Source: Candidatus Nomurabacteria bacterium
Lineage (GTDB): Bacteria; Patescibacteriota; Saccharimonadia; Saccharimonadales; VXPC01
Length of the DNA stretch: 64,000 nt
Direction: 5' to 3'
NCBI GenBank assembly: GCA_020631905.1
Contig: JACKGQ010000001.1
Coordinates: forward strand, 37,854 to 101,853
A program made the position numbers and the translations under genes. The notes below the pieces were generated by a model, which searched no databases, was not told the origin of the DNA, and saw nothing but the letters and a program-made list of their open reading frames with translations. Of the stretch, positions 9,009 to 19,701 are shown in pieces (within the stretch, counting starts at the first letter, position 1; the number at the start of each line of letters is the position of its first letter).

Positions 9009-9597
9009 TATCATCTAGACACTTTTTTATATCGTCGTAGCTAAAGCCTTGCCTCAACAGATACTCAATCAACTTTTGCGTGTCTTGGTATTTGGTTTGG
9101 CGTGACTTTTTGGTAATTAGTTTTTTGAGCATGTCTTGGTCAGTTGCCTCGTTTTCGACCAAAACTTTGTCTATAATTTCTTTGGCCACCCCTTTTTGGG
9201 CTAGTTCACCACGAATTACTCGAGCGCTTTTGGCTTTGCTACCTCGCCTGCACTCGACCCAAAACCGTGCGAATGCTTCGTCGTCTAAATACCTCTCGAC
9301 TCTGGCCACGATATAGTCTTTTTCCTCGTCGTCGTATTTTAGATTATATAATCGATTATATAATTCACGACGCGAGTGTGGCCGGCGCAGCAACCAATCG
9401 AGTGTACGTGCATAGGCTTTGCCCATGTCGGAGTGTTTTTGCAGAACTTTAAGCTCGGCTTCGGAAATTTCTTGGCCGTTCTTGATGCCCAAATCGGCAA
9501 TTTGATTGAGGCTTAAGCCAAGTGCAAACTTACCATCAACATACACGCTCACCCGCTCCGGATTCTTAATCTGTGCTTTTAAACTTGTGATTTTCAT
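8995..9597 (-). CDS. recX: recombination regulator RecX
   Basis: Three-repeat helical RecX pattern: VYVDGKFALGL, AYARTLDWLLRRPHSRRELYNRL, DDEAFARFWVECR, IRGELAQKGV. Confidence 0.85.
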   Translation of the reverse strand: MKITSLKAQIKNPERVSVYVDGKFALGLSLNQIADLGIKNGQEISEAELKVLQKHSDMGKAYARTLDWLLRRPHSRRELYNRLYNLKYDDEEKDYIVARVERYLDDEAFARFWVECRRGSKAKSARVIRGELAQKGVAKEIIDKVLVENEATDQDMLKKLITKKSRQTKYQDTQKLIEYLLRQGFSYDDIKKCLDDIRPE

Positions 9598-9615
9598 GTC
9601 AATGCGGCGACTGGA

Positions 9616-10047
9616 TTACTCACCAGCGGGTTCGTTGCCTTCAATAGTCGTTAATTCATCCGGAGTCGCTCGTTTTATTTCATACGCCTCAAGAGCCACA
9701 AGCCCAGCCAATGTCGCGAAACCTAGATCTGGTAGGTAATAAATGGCTTCGAGGGTGTAACCGCCGAGTGTTCGAAACAGTTGATTGCCAACCTTAACCT
9801 CTACATCAACTCTCTTGCAGGCTACATCCACTGCGACAAAGCTAGCAAACGTCAGCATCGAACCGGTTATAACGTTGCATACACGCCTTAAAACATAGGC
9901 ACCATCTTGAGTCACTTCATTACTTGCTAGTTCTGCAAGGCTCGCTACTCTGATGCTATCGGATTCGTCAGAAAACATACCAATCTTGCGGGCGACATAG
10001 GAAAGTGGTCTAGGTCGACGCATTAGGGTGCGCTCCTGAACTTTCAC
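9616..10047 (-). CDS. hypothetical protein (about 135-143 aa), possibly membrane-associated
   Basis: ORF between recA and recX. Hydrophobic segments ITGSMLTFASFVAVDVA and GFATLAGLVALEAY. Start uncertain (10047 or 10023). Confidence 0.45.
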   Translation of the reverse strand: MKVQERTLMRRPRPLSYVARKIGMFSDESDSIRVASLAELASNEVTQDGAYVLRRVCNVITGSMLTFASFVAVDVACKRVDVEVKVGNQLFRTLGGYTLEAIYYLPDLGFATLAGLVALEAYEIKRATPDELTTIEGNEPAGE

Positions 10048-10639
10048 TGCAGGCTTCTGCCTCGAGACTTACATAACTTTCCGGCTTTTCAGATTGATTT
10101 ATACATGCCCCGACTTGATCCAACTGCCTATATGCGCTAAATCCATGCTGCGGATCTTCTGCCATTGCTCTCAGGATGCTTTCATCCGTTAGATAAACTT
10201 GTACACCACTAGCCATTACCTCATCCAAAACATTTACCTCACGTGTGCTCAAAGGAGTGACTATCTCTTCCGACACCCATTCAGTATTTGGAGTACCATG
10301 CCCGACTGCCGATCTAAACTGCTTTGAGTCTAGCTCATATAGATATCCAGGAGTGTTGCGCATGCGCTGTATGCCTTGCGTGTCCACAGCTAGCCTCCAA
10401 GCTCCCCCGTCTGTAAAACGTGATAATTGATATTCTGGATCATCAGGTTTATATGCCCAATCGAAAGCAAAACACAGCGCATAGCCCATGTCTGAACTAG
10501 CGTACACAAAATTCGGTACGTCCTCGTTTGGCTTAGCTCTGTTGTAGGCAGGATCCAGCAGACTGAGTCGTTGGCTCGAGCCAACAAATAACCTCTCTGG
10601 CTTTTCTGGCTCGCGTGTCAGTGCTGACTGCTCTGTCAC
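10010..10639 (-). CDS. hypothetical protein (209 aa)
   Basis: ORF begins 3 nt after the recA stop. No motif recognised. Confidence 0.55.
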   Translation of the reverse strand: MTEQSALTREPEKPERLFVGSSQRLSLLDPAYNRAKPNEDVPNFVYASSDMGYALCFAFDWAYKPDDPEYQLSRFTDGGAWRLAVDTQGIQRMRNTPGYLYELDSKQFRSAVGHGTPNTEWVSEEIVTPLSTREVNVLDEVMASGVQVYLTDESILRAMAEDPQHGFSAYRQLDQVGACINQSEKPESYVSLEAEACSESSGAHPNAST

Positions 10640-10642
10640 AGA

Positions 10643-11665
10643 CTACTCCTCAGTTTTAATAGAGCGGATTTTTTTGTCGATTTCGGCAAGGACTTTTGGA
10701 TTGTCTTTAAGATACTGCTTGGCAGCTTCGCGGCCTTGGGCGATTTTGTCTGAGCCGTAGCTAAACCACGCACCAGCTTTTTCGACAATGCCGCGGTCGG
10801 TAGCTAGATCGAGCACATCGCCTTCGGTGCTAATACCTTCGTTATACATGATATCGAACTCGGTCTGGCGGAAAGGTGGTGCGATCTTATTCTTGACCAC
10901 TTTTACACGTACGCGGTTGCCAATAATATCTTCACCTGCCTTGATCTGGCTAATTCGGCGGATATCCATGCGCACACTCGCATAAAACTTAAGAGCATTA
11001 CCACCAGTAGTAGTTTCTGGATTACCAAACATCACCCCGATCTTCATGCGGAGTTGGTTAATAAAGATAACTGTGCATTTACTTTTGTTGATTATCCCAG
11101 TTAGCTTACGCAAAGCTTGGCTCATTAGGCGAGCCTGCAAGCCCATGTGGCTATCGCCCATATCACCTTCAATCTCTGCCTGCGGAGTAAGTGCAGCCAC
11201 CGAGTCGACTACTACCATGTCGACCGCTCCAGAACGGACTAAGGTTTCGACAATTTCGAGAGCTTGTTCGCCATTATCTGGCTGCGAGAGAAGAAGCTCA
11301 TCGATATTCACACCAATCCTTTTAGCGTACTGTGGGTCGAGGGCGTGTTCGGCGTCAACAAAAGCAGCTGTACCGCCAGCTTTTTGCAGTTCGGCGATTG
11401 CATGGAGTGTAAGTGTAGTTTTACCACTACTTTCGGGGCCATAAACTTCGATGATTCGACCTTTCGGAATACCGCCACCCAAGGCCATATCTAAACTCAG
11501 CGCACCTGTCTTTGTAGTTTCGACATTAATTGTGTGTTCTGCGCCAAGACGCATAATACTACCCTTGCCAAACTGTTTTTCGATTTGTTCGAGAGCCGCA
11601 CCGAGAGCTTTCATTTTGGCATCGTCCTTAACTGGCGAGTCGTCTGCCTTTTTGCTAGTTGCCAT
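10643..11665 (-). CDS. recA: recombinase RecA
   Basis: [18 protein letters not shown], Walker [10 protein letters not shown], full-length RecA similarity. Start moved to MATSKK (ATG 11665), preceded by GGAGG. Confidence 0.97.
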   Translation of the reverse strand: MATSKKADDSPVKDDAKMKALGAALEQIEKQFGKGSIMRLGAEHTINVETTKTGALSLDMALGGGIPKGRIIEVYGPESSGKTTLTLHAIAELQKAGGTAAFVDAEHALDPQYAKRIGVNIDELLLSQPDNGEQALEIVETLVRSGAVDMVVVDSVAALTPQAEIEGDMGDSHMGLQARLMSQALRKLTGIINKSKCTVIFINQLRMKIGVMFGNPETTTGGNALKFYASVRMDIRRISQIKAGEDIIGNRVRVKVVKNKIAPPFRQTEFDIMYNEGISTEGDVLDLATDRGIVEKAGAWFSYGSDKIAQGREAAKQYLKDNPKVLAEIDKKIRSIKTEE

Positions 11666-11790
11666 TTCTACCTCCACATGACTTTTACTAGCATAAGTAT
11701 ACCTGAAATCACCTATGGGTACGATGTTAAAAAAACCATACTTCGCAACTCTAGCTGATGAGTTTGGCATCCTGTACAATAAACACAAGC

Positions 11791-13548
11791 ATGAATATTC
11801 CAAATGCAACTGTCTCGAGACTACTGCTAGAGTCTGGAAAGCTAGAAAAAGATGAGCTTGATCAGCTCGAGCTTCAAGCTAAAGACGAAAAAATTACCCT
11901 GCAAGAAATGCTCGCTAAGGAGAATAAGTTAAGCGAAGCTGAGTTAACCGAGCTTTACTCTAAAGAGATAGGCGTTGCTTTTACTGAGATCGATGTCAAA
12001 AACTTAAACATGGATATTGTTCGGCAAATCCCTGAAAAAATTGCCCGCAAATACAATATGATTCTCTTTAAAGATGACTTCGAAGAGAGCGTTAAACACA
12101 TCGCCATGGAAGATCCCGACGACTTACAAGCCCTGGATGTTCTCAAGAAAATGTTTACCGGAACAATCAAAATTTATATTGCAACCCACAATAATATATT
12201 GAGTGCACTCGACCAATACCGAGGGAATATTAGTAGTGAGATTACCAAAGTCATTACCGACGGCGAAGACGAAGAAGAGGAAGAGGTCGACGAAGAAGAA
12301 GTTACCAGCGAAGACTCCCCTATAGCCCAGACTGTCAATCTGTTGGTGGAATACGCAATCAAGAGCGGTGCGAGTGATATTCATATCGAACCTCGTGAAA
12401 AATATGTATCGATAAGATATCGGGTGGATGGAGTGCTAAAAGAAGTCAATAAACTACCAAAGCGAACTCTAAATGCACTAGTTTCAAGAATCAAGATTCT
12501 AAGCAATCTAAAAATCGACGAACGCCGAGCGCCTCAAGACGGTCGATTCAAAATTAACATGAATGGACGTCTGTTTGCGTTTCGTGTAAGCACCTTGCCA
12601 ATTACAGAAGGCGAAAAAGTAGTTATGCGTGTGCTCGATGAGTCGAGCGAACCGCTATCTCTAGATAAGCTTGGTTTCTGGGGAGCGGCTCTGAGTAGTA
12701 TAAACGAAGCCGCAGCTCAGCCTCATGGTATGATCCTAGTAACAGGGCCGACCGGATCAGGGAAATCTACAACTCTGCAAAGTGTTTTAAATATTCTAAA
12801 TAGCCCAGACGTAAATATTTCAACCGTTGAAGATCCAGTCGAATACAAGATACAGGGTGTAAATCAGACGCAAGTGAACCCTGTGGCTGGCATGACTTTT
12901 GCAAATGGCCTCAGAGCACTGCTTCGGCAGGACCCAAACATTATCATGGTAGGAGAAATTCGTGATGGTGAAACTGCTGGACTCGGCGTCCAAGCAGCGT
13001 TGACTGGCCACTTAGTTTTTAGCACATTACACACTAATAACGCAGCCACCTGTTTGCCTCGTTTACTAGACATGGAAATTGAACCCTTCCTAATTGCTAG
13101 TGTGATCCGAGTTGTCGTGGGTCAACGCCTTGTTCGTAAACTCATCCAGGAAGATGCTGAAGAGTACGAACCAGATGCAAACGAAATGCGCGAGATCGAG
13201 CGTGTATTTAGCATTAAGACAAAAGATGATTGGGCCAGAATCGGTAAACTATGCGACCAAGCCCGAGAAGCATTTGGGCTCGAAAAATCTAAGGATAGTA
13301 AGTTGACCTTCTTCCGACCAAAGTCAGACTTAAAAGATCATTCTGGCTACCGTGGCAGAATGGGTATCTACGAGGTACTGCGTAACAGTAGCGAAATCCA
13401 GAAGCTAATTGTCTCAAACGCTACCAGTGAACAGATCCAACAGCAAGCCATTAAGGAAGGCATGGTCACAATGCAGATCGATGGACTTGTAAAGGCTTCA
13501 CTTGGAATGACATCGATAGAGGAAATCTTAAGAGTAACTAGAGAGTAG
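11791..13548 (+). CDS. pilB: type IV pilus assembly ATPase PilB (GspE family)
   Basis: N-terminal T2SSE_N-like region, Walker [11 protein letters not shown], Asp/His boxes ([19 protein letters not shown]). Confidence 0.92.
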   Translation: MNIPNATVSRLLLESGKLEKDELDQLELQAKDEKITLQEMLAKENKLSEAELTELYSKEIGVAFTEIDVKNLNMDIVRQIPEKIARKYNMILFKDDFEESVKHIAMEDPDDLQALDVLKKMFTGTIKIYIATHNNILSALDQYRGNISSEITKVITDGEDEEEEEVDEEEVTSEDSPIAQTVNLLVEYAIKSGASDIHIEPREKYVSIRYRVDGVLKEVNKLPKRTLNALVSRIKILSNLKIDERRAPQDGRFKINMNGRLFAFRVSTLPITEGEKVVMRVLDESSEPLSLDKLGFWGAALSSINEAAAQPHGMILVTGPTGSGKSTTLQSVLNILNSPDVNISTVEDPVEYKIQGVNQTQVNPVAGMTFANGLRALLRQDPNIIMVGEIRDGETAGLGVQAALTGHLVFSTLHTNNAATCLPRLLDMEIEPFLIASVIRVVVGQRLVRKLIQEDAEEYEPDANEMREIERVFSIKTKDDWARIGKLCDQAREAFGLEKSKDSKLTFFRPKSDLKDHSGYRGRMGIYEVLRNSSEIQKLIVSNATSEQIQQQAIKEGMVTMQIDGLVKASLGMTSIEEILRVTRE

Positions 13549-13555
13549 ATAATTT

Positions 13556-14776
13556 ATGGCCACTTTTAATTATCAAGCCCTGAGCAAAGAGAATAAGCGA
13601 GTCACTGGAACACAAGATGCCGGTAGTACTCAAGAACTGGCAGAAATCTTAAGCAAACAAGGTGTGCAACTGCTGTCGGCTAAAAAAGCTGGCGGCTTTA
13701 GCTTATCAAATGCGGCCAATATGCAGATTGGCAACAATAAGCCAAAACTTAAAGATAAGGTTGTCTTCACTCGACAGCTTGCGACAATGATTAATGCCGG
13801 AGTGCCTTTAGTAAGAAGCTTGGCTACCCTTCAGAGCCAGACCGAAAACCAGTATTTCCAGAAAACCGTGGGCCAGATTACTCGCGATGTTGAAGGTGGT
13901 ATGGCGTTTGCCGATGCTTTAGCTAAACATCCAGATATATTCTCGCCAATATATATAAACATGGTTCGGGCTGGTGAAGCTGGCGGTATTTTGGATGAAA
14001 TTCTCAAGAAATTAGCTTTTCAGCAAGAAAAAGATTCGGCTATCAGACATAAGTTTAAGAGTGCTATGACGTACCCAGTTGTGCTGATTACAATTGCCGT
14101 CGCGGTATTTATAGGGTTAATGACTGTGGTTGTCCCAAAAATTGGCAATATAGTTAGCGACTTAACTAATGGTGCCGAGCTGCCAACACTTACTCGAGTA
14201 ATGATGCAAATCAGTAACTTCATGACAACATATTGGTATATCGAGCTCATATTCGTAGTAGTTGGTGCGTTTGCCTTTAGACGTTGGAAAAAATCACCCA
14301 AGGGTCAAGAACAATTCGACCGAATGCTGTTCAAGCTGCCTGCGATTGGTCCAATCGTAAACAAAGTTGCAATTGCTCGGTTCGCCCGCACTTTTGCTAG
14401 CTTAATGAGTGCTGGAGTATCAGTAGTTGAAACGATCGAAATTACCTCTAAGGCGATTGGGAACAAAGTTGTCGAAAAAGAGCTACTGGCGGCAGCTAAA
14501 GAAGTCGCCAACGGTAAGCAGTTGTCAGAACCAATTAGTCGAAGTGAGGTCTTCCCGCCGATAGTTAGCCAGATGTTGGCGATCGGTGAAGAAACCGGAC
14601 AAACAGACACGATATTAATTAAAGTGGCTGATTTCTACGAAGAAGAAGTTGACGCAGCTGTTGACAGTATTAGTTCCATCTTAGAGCCTATCTTAATAGT
14701 CTTTATGGGTGGCATGGTTGGACTAGTAGCGGCGTCTGTTCTCGGACCGATAAGTAACTTATCACAGCAGATATAG
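13556..14776 (+). CDS. pilC: type IV pilus platform protein PilC (GspF family)
   Basis: Duplicated GspF domain (FTRQLATMINAGVPL / FARTFASLMSAGVSV) and three TM regions. Confidence 0.92.
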   Translation: MATFNYQALSKENKRVTGTQDAGSTQELAEILSKQGVQLLSAKKAGGFSLSNAANMQIGNNKPKLKDKVVFTRQLATMINAGVPLVRSLATLQSQTENQYFQKTVGQITRDVEGGMAFADALAKHPDIFSPIYINMVRAGEAGGILDEILKKLAFQQEKDSAIRHKFKSAMTYPVVLITIAVAVFIGLMTVVVPKIGNIVSDLTNGAELPTLTRVMMQISNFMTTYWYIELIFVVVGAFAFRRWKKSPKGQEQFDRMLFKLPAIGPIVNKVAIARFARTFASLMSAGVSVVETIEITSKAIGNKVVEKELLAAAKEVANGKQLSEPISRSEVFPPIVSQMLAIGEETGQTDTILIKVADFYEEEVDAAVDSISSILEPILIVFMGGMVGLVAASVLGPISNLSQQI

Positions 14777-14798
14777 ACAAGTTTTATACTTGACTCTG

Positions 14799-14827
14799 AA
14801 ATAAGCATAAGCGATAATCAGTCCATA
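14799..14827 (+). promoter_or_regulatory. sigma70-like promoter upstream of the pilin gene (TTGACT-17-GATAAT)
   Basis: TTGACT at 14799..14804, 17-nt spacer, GATAAT at 14822..14827. AAGGAGG Shine-Dalgarno lies downstream. Confidence 0.45.
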
Positions 14828-14873
14828 GCCATAAGAAAAAGGCTTTTATAAGCATAATAAGGAGGTGGGCTCT

Positions 14874-15356
14874 ATGCTCAAGTCAACACTAAGAACAGCA
14901 CGTCAAGGTTTCACAATTATTGAACTCTTGATTGTGATCGCAATCATCGGTATCTTGGCCGGATTGGTATTAAATAACTTCCAAGGTGCACAGGCAAAAG
15001 CTCGTGACTCTCAGCGAAAAACTGACATCAACGCTATGCACGCACAGCTAGAAAACTACTACAACTCGAACGGCAACTACCCGACAACATTCGACGCAAC
15101 AGTATTAGCCGGCATCGACGGTGAGGCTCTAAACGATCCAGATGGCAACGCCATCTCTATGAGTGGTGTAACTGCAACTGCTAAGCCAGCAACAGGCTAT
15201 ACAGCAACCAAGCCAAGTGGCGCACAATACACTTACGCTGCCTACGGCTGCTCAGGCACAGGTGCAACCGATACATGCTCTAGCTACGTTCTATATTCAT
15301 GGCTAGAAGATGGTGGTTCAACTTTTGCTCCATACGAAAAAGCAAGCTTAAACTAA
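14874..15356 (+). CDS. pilA: type IV major pilin (class III signal peptide)
   Basis: MLKSTLRTARQG|FTIIELLIVIAIIGILA prepilin cleavage/methylation motif with Glu+5. C-terminal Cys pair (GCSGTGATDTC). AAGGAGG 10 nt upstream. Confidence 0.9.
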   Translation: MLKSTLRTARQGFTIIELLIVIAIIGILAGLVLNNFQGAQAKARDSQRKTDINAMHAQLENYYNSNGNYPTTFDATVLAGIDGEALNDPDGNAISMSGVTATAKPATGYTATKPSGAQYTYAAYGCSGTGATDTCSSYVLYSWLEDGGSTFAPYEKASLN

Positions 15357-15375
15357 ACAGCTTAACTTTTAATAA

Positions 15376-15405
15376 AAAACTCCCTGGTAACGGGGAGTTT
15401 TTTAT
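15376..15405 (+). terminator. rho-independent terminator after the pilin gene
   Basis: AACTCCC-tggtaac-GGGGAGTT followed by TTTTTT. Confidence 0.7.
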
Positions 15406-15456
15406 TAAATTCACGATTTATGAGATATAATTATCGCATGACGCTTATGGTGGTAT

Positions 15457-16527
15457 ATGGCACTTCTCTACACAGATAGACAGGTATTCGGCTTTGATAT
15501 TGGGCGAAGCACTATTAAGATTGTTCAGATTGACCCGCCGGGTAATAAAAACAAAAAAGGTATTGTTAGAGCATACGGCAATACTACTTTCGACCCTAAA
15601 GCAATCGAAAAAGGCGTTATCACCGATCCCGCTATTGTTGTTAAAGCCGCGCACGACCTAGTTTCGAATGGGCTTGTCGGGAAGCTAACTACCAGACATG
15701 TGGCCTTATCGCTTCCTAACTCACATAGCTTTAGCCGAATAATCAATTTAGAAAGTATGGATGAAGAATCAACAGCTGCAGCTGTCCGTGCAGAAATAGC
15801 CCAATCGATTCCGATGCCAATCACCGACCTATACTACGACTACGAAGCAACACCATTGGGTGATTCTGGAAGTAATGAGGTTTTGATTGTTGCTAGTCCG
15901 AAAACAATAGTTGACTCATATATGAAAGTGGTTGAGGCGCTAGGGTTAATACCTGCTGTGATTGAACCCAATATTAATTCCGTCACTCGCATGGTAGTAA
16001 GCTCTGAGGTCCACGACGAAGTCAGTCTAATCATCGACTTAGGCTCCGACGCGTCTGATTTATCGGTATACGACGGTAAGTTTGTTCGAGCGACCGGAAC
16101 TGCAGAGTGCGGCGGTGAAAAAATGTCCGAAAACATCGCAAGTGCACTCGGAATTAGCTTACAACAAGCTCACAGTATCAAGACTCGCTATGGGTTAGAT
16201 GTCAGTAAGCGCCAAAAAGAAATTCTGAGTGCGCTCGAGCCAGAACTCAGTAAGTTAGTAGGAGAGATCCATAAGGTTATGCGCTACTATAACGACCGCG
16301 CTGACGAGGGTAAACAAATTGGTCAGATTATCTTACTTGGCGGTGGTGCAAACCTGCCAGGACTTAGTAGCTATCTAACCGATAAGACTCGTATTCCAAC
16401 TCGCTTAAATGCTCCTTGGAATAAGTTAACTTTCGGTAAACTTCAACCCACCCATGAACTCGAAACGACTATCTACACAACAGCCGGTGGGCTAAGCCTA
16501 GTATCAGTAGAGGATATCAGACAATGA
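15457..16527 (+). CDS. pilM: type IV pilus assembly protein PilM (actin-like ATPase fold)
   Basis: FGFDIGRSTIKIVQI start, IIDLGSDASDLSV and LLGGGANLPGL motifs typical of PilM/FtsA-like proteins. Confidence 0.85.
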   Translation: MALLYTDRQVFGFDIGRSTIKIVQIDPPGNKNKKGIVRAYGNTTFDPKAIEKGVITDPAIVVKAAHDLVSNGLVGKLTTRHVALSLPNSHSFSRIINLESMDEESTAAAVRAEIAQSIPMPITDLYYDYEATPLGDSGSNEVLIVASPKTIVDSYMKVVEALGLIPAVIEPNINSVTRMVVSSEVHDEVSLIIDLGSDASDLSVYDGKFVRATGTAECGGEKMSENIASALGISLQQAHSIKTRYGLDVSKRQKEILSALEPELSKLVGEIHKVMRYYNDRADEGKQIGQIILLGGGANLPGLSSYLTDKTRIPTRLNAPWNKLTFGKLQPTHELETTIYTTAGGLSLVSVEDIRQ

Positions 16528-17159
16528 TAAATATTCTTCCTCCAACCGTTAAAGAAGAGCGACATTATGGTCGACTCAATAGATTTATTTTGCGGCAAGT
16601 GCTCGGCTTGGCTATGATTGGCGTAATCGCGGTCGGGTTTATGCTTTCCGGACTAAGGTTGGTTAAGAATGACGAAGATATTTTAAACGCTGCCATTGCC
16701 GACAAAACAGCTAGCTACAGTCAACTTACCGAGACAGAGACAACCGCCAAACAGGCAAATAGCCTGGTTATGGCTATTCAGGGTCTATTCGAGAAAGAGG
16801 TCCGGTTCTCTACCTTACTCACCGATATCGCAGCCTCTATGCCGCTGAACACTCGCCTAAAGTCGTTGTCATTAACTGGCTCAAAAACTCAACCACTCCA
16901 GATAGTTGCTCAGGTCGATACCCAGAATTTAGCGGCAGTCTTACGCAAAAGTTTGGTTGATTCCCCAACATTTGAATCGGCTGATATTTTAAGTATAGTC
17001 CCAGGCGAGACAGACCCAGATGGTGGCATCAAGAACTACGATGTTACCATTAGTGCCGAGTTTACAGGCGCAGCCGACGCCAGAGCCGCCGAGAAAGCCA
17101 AGCAAGAAGCTGAAGCCGAAGCCGCCAAGAAAGCTGCAACGGAGGCTCAGAATAAATGA
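16524..17159 (+). CDS. pilN: PilN-like pilus assembly protein
   Basis: MINILPP start, single TM helix, ATGA overlap with pilM. Ala/Glu/Lys-rich tail. Confidence 0.65.
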   Translation: MINILPPTVKEERHYGRLNRFILRQVLGLAMIGVIAVGFMLSGLRLVKNDEDILNAAIADKTASYSQLTETETTAKQANSLVMAIQGLFEKEVRFSTLLTDIAASMPLNTRLKSLSLTGSKTQPLQIVAQVDTQNLAAVLRKSLVDSPTFESADILSIVPGETDPDGGIKNYDVTISAEFTGAADARAAEKAKQEAEAEAAKKAATEAQNK

Positions 17160-17746
17160 AAAGTGTAAATTTCGACGCAAAAAAGTTTTTCTATATCTTA
17201 ATCGGATTACTCGTTTTAGGTGGTATAGCTACTGGGTATGGTCTAGCCTGGGCCAATAAACAACTTGCTGATCGAGCTCAAAAGATTAGCTTACTAAACC
17301 TTCAAGCAGACGAGCTAGACAAGAAAATTATCAATGCCCATAAACTTCAGGCCGAACTTTCTAGTAACCAAGATCTGCTAACAACCGCCAGCGAAGTCCT
17401 ACCAAGAACAAAAAACCCTGAGAATATTGTCGGCGAACTTATATCAATCGCCGCCAAGCTCGGTATTGAGTTAGAAAGTATCAATTTCGTTGGTGGATCA
17501 ACTAGCGCCAATAGCCCGATTAGTCAGTCGGACAAGGTGGATGATATACCGGGAGTTTATAGCATTGGAATCTCTACTGGCTTTTCAACTTCTTACGAAA
17601 AACTCCTAAAACTACTCGAAGATCTCGAGAATAATAAGCGTCGCTTCGAAATAACCGACATCGATATTACGCCAATAGAAAACGATTCAGGAGCGATAGC
17701 TTCCTATGTAACTCAGCTAACCATACTAACTTATGTGAGGCCATAA
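17156..17746 (+). CDS. pilO: PilO-like pilus assembly protein
   Basis: N-terminal TM helix plus coiled coil, in the position after pilN. 4-nt overlap. Confidence 0.5.
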   Translation: MKSVNFDAKKFFYILIGLLVLGGIATGYGLAWANKQLADRAQKISLLNLQADELDKKIINAHKLQAELSSNQDLLTTASEVLPRTKNPENIVGELISIAAKLGIELESINFVGGSTSANSPISQSDKVDDIPGVYSIGISTGFSTSYEKLLKLLEDLENNKRRFEITDIDITPIENDSGAIASYVTQLTILTYVRP

Positions 17747-18114
17747 TGAACATCAGTCTAAATTCTTTAAAAACTATCAATTATAAGAAGTTATCTATAA
17801 AAATTCTTAACTACTACCGGCTGCACAATTTTACTGCTTTAGTTATTGTTGCTGGAGGTTTTGTTGGTTTCGCTTTATTTAGAGTCAATTCACTAAATAA
17901 TTCAGTGAATGATCCGACTAGCTTAGATACAACTGTGCTCTCAGAAGCAGAGCCTCTAATACTTACTAAGCTCAATTTCGATCAGACAACAGTTGATCGA
18001 CTAAATGCGCTTGCATTAGACGAAGATGTGCAAATTGACTCAAACCTGCCAGACAACCGAAACAATCCGTTTGATGACAAGCAGAGCTCTCAACTTGACG
18101 TGCCTGCGCAATAG
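17746..18114 (+). CDS. hypothetical single-pass membrane protein, last gene of the pilus operon
   Basis: Start overlaps the pilO stop. TM helix FTALVIVAGGFVGFALF. No known motif. Confidence 0.45.
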   Translation: MNISLNSLKTINYKKLSIKILNYYRLHNFTALVIVAGGFVGFALFRVNSLNNSVNDPTSLDTTVLSEAEPLILTKLNFDQTTVDRLNALALDEDVQIDSNLPDNRNNPFDDKQSSQLDVPAQ

Positions 18115-18123
18115 TAATAAAAA

Positions 18124-18663
18124 TTAGCGAACTATATCTGCCCGCCGTGTAGGCTTATCTTCTCGCATGAGGTAGCGTTCGCGGGCTTCCATGATTTGCC
18201 GACTATATTTAGTTGGGTCGGGGCAATAATTAAACTGAAAATTAGACTGCTCGCCTGCTGTCTCGATGAGTAACGTTCCATAATTGAATAACGTGGCCAT
18301 AAAGCCTTTTTGCTCAATTGTCACATCTTCTATATTTGCTAAGCCTAAGCTAGATATCTTTCGGTTTAGCAGACCTTTTTGTAACGTCTGTCTAATCTCA
18401 TCGTCCATCAGCACTAAACGATTCGACCAGTACACAACTGTTTCGAATAGCAAAAGCATTGATACGATAATCGTGATACCTGTAGCTGTTAGAACACCCC
18501 ACGCCTTACTCGCCGAGCTATCGAAATTAAATAGTTCACCGCTAGCCCATATAACTAATGCCAGCGAGCCTCCAAAGGCGATAATCGTAAGTAAATAGAT
18601 ATAAATCAGACCCATCGGACTTCTTCGAACCTTAAAACATACTTTACTTTCTGAGTTTTCCAT
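18124..18663 (-). CDS. membrane protein with bacterial PH domain (YdbS/YdbT-like, bPH_2)
   Basis: Two N-terminal TM helices followed by VTIEQKGFMATLFNYGTLLIETAGE, typical of bPH_2 domains. Confidence 0.6.
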   Translation of the reverse strand: MENSESKVCFKVRRSPMGLIYIYLLTIIAFGGSLALVIWASGELFNFDSSASKAWGVLTATGITIIVSMLLLFETVVYWSNRLVLMDDEIRQTLQKGLLNRKISSLGLANIEDVTIEQKGFMATLFNYGTLLIETAGEQSNFQFNYCPDPTKYSRQIMEARERYLMREDKPTRRADIVR

Positions 18664-18672
18664 CTGTAGATA

Positions 18673-19701
18673 TTATAGCAACTTCTGGTTATTATTCAGT
18701 TTTTCTTGACCAAGATGCTTATAGGCTTTTGAGGTAGTCTTCCTCCCGCGAGGTGTACGTTCGATTAAACCTAGCTGTAGCAAAAAAGGTTCGTAGTAAT
18801 CTTCGATGGTTGTTGGCTCATCGCCAAGAATAGCCGCTAAGGTATTCAAGCCAACAGGGCCACCATTATAATTATCAATGATAGCTGTAAGCAACAACCT
18901 ATCGCTAGGATCAAGGCCAAGGTTATCGATCTCTAGCAAAGATAAAGCTCGATTTGTGAGATCCTGATCGATAAAGCCATCACCATTGATATCGGCGTAA
19001 TCTCGAACTCTTTTTAAGAGTCGGTTGGCAATTCTAGGTGTTAAGCGAGAACGAGCAGCAAGCTGTCGAGCAGCATCGGCATCGATTTTTACTCCGAGTA
19101 TTTTTGCTGATCTTTGCAAGATAGTTGAAATATCCTCATCTGAGTAAAACTCTAGACGGTGAATAATCCCGAAACGATCCCGCAATGGCGCTGCCAGTGC
19201 ACCAGTTCTGGTTGTAGCTCCTATCAGCGTAAACTTCGGTAAATCTAGTCTTAAGCTTTTTGCCGAAGGACCTTTGCCTAACATAATATCGAGTTTGAAA
19301 TCTTCCATCGCACTGTATAGTACCTCTTCGACCGCCCGACTTAGTCGGTGAATTTCATCGATAAACAAAACATCGCCGTCTTTGAGGTTAGTGATTAAAC
19401 TTGCTAGGTCTCCAGCGCGCTCGATAGCCGGCCCAGACGTAACGCGTAGTTGCGCACCCATTTCATTGGCAATTACCGTTGCCAGGGTTGTCTTGCCTAA
19501 ACCTGGTGGTCCGTATAGCAAAACATGATCAATTGATTCACTACGCTTTTTCGCAGCGCTAATCGCCAGCTTGAGGTTTTTCTTAACACGCTCTTGACCG
19601 ATATATTCATCAAAATTTTTTGGTCTGAGGCTTATCTCGTCTTGTTGTTCTTGAACATCGTCGGTGTGAGCGCTGTTATCAACTAGTCTCTGGACAGCCA
19701 T
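18673..19701 (-). CDS. ruvB: Holliday junction helicase RuvB
   Basis: [31 protein letters not shown] and a C-terminal winged helix. Confidence 0.97.
   Translation of the reverse strand: MAVQRLVDNSAHTDDVQEQQDEISLRPKNFDEYIGQERVKKNLKLAISAAKKRSESIDHVLLYGPPGLGKTTLATVIANEMGAQLRVTSGPAIERAGDLASLITNLKDGDVLFIDEIHRLSRAVEEVLYSAMEDFKLDIMLGKGPSAKSLRLDLPKFTLIGATTRTGALAAPLRDRFGIIHRLEFYSDEDISTILQRSAKILGVKIDADAARQLAARSRLTPRIANRLLKRVRDYADINGDGFIDQDLTNRALSLLEIDNLGLDPSDRLLLTAIIDNYNGGPVGLNTLAAILGDEPTTIEDYYEPFLLQLGLIERTPRGRKTTSKAYKHLGQEKLNNNQKLL

Noticed and set aside
11666-11809. 48-aa N-terminal extension of recA
   Set aside because: RecA homology begins at [24 protein letters not shown] Shine-Dalgarno precedes ATG 11665, and the extension would run into the pilB start region.
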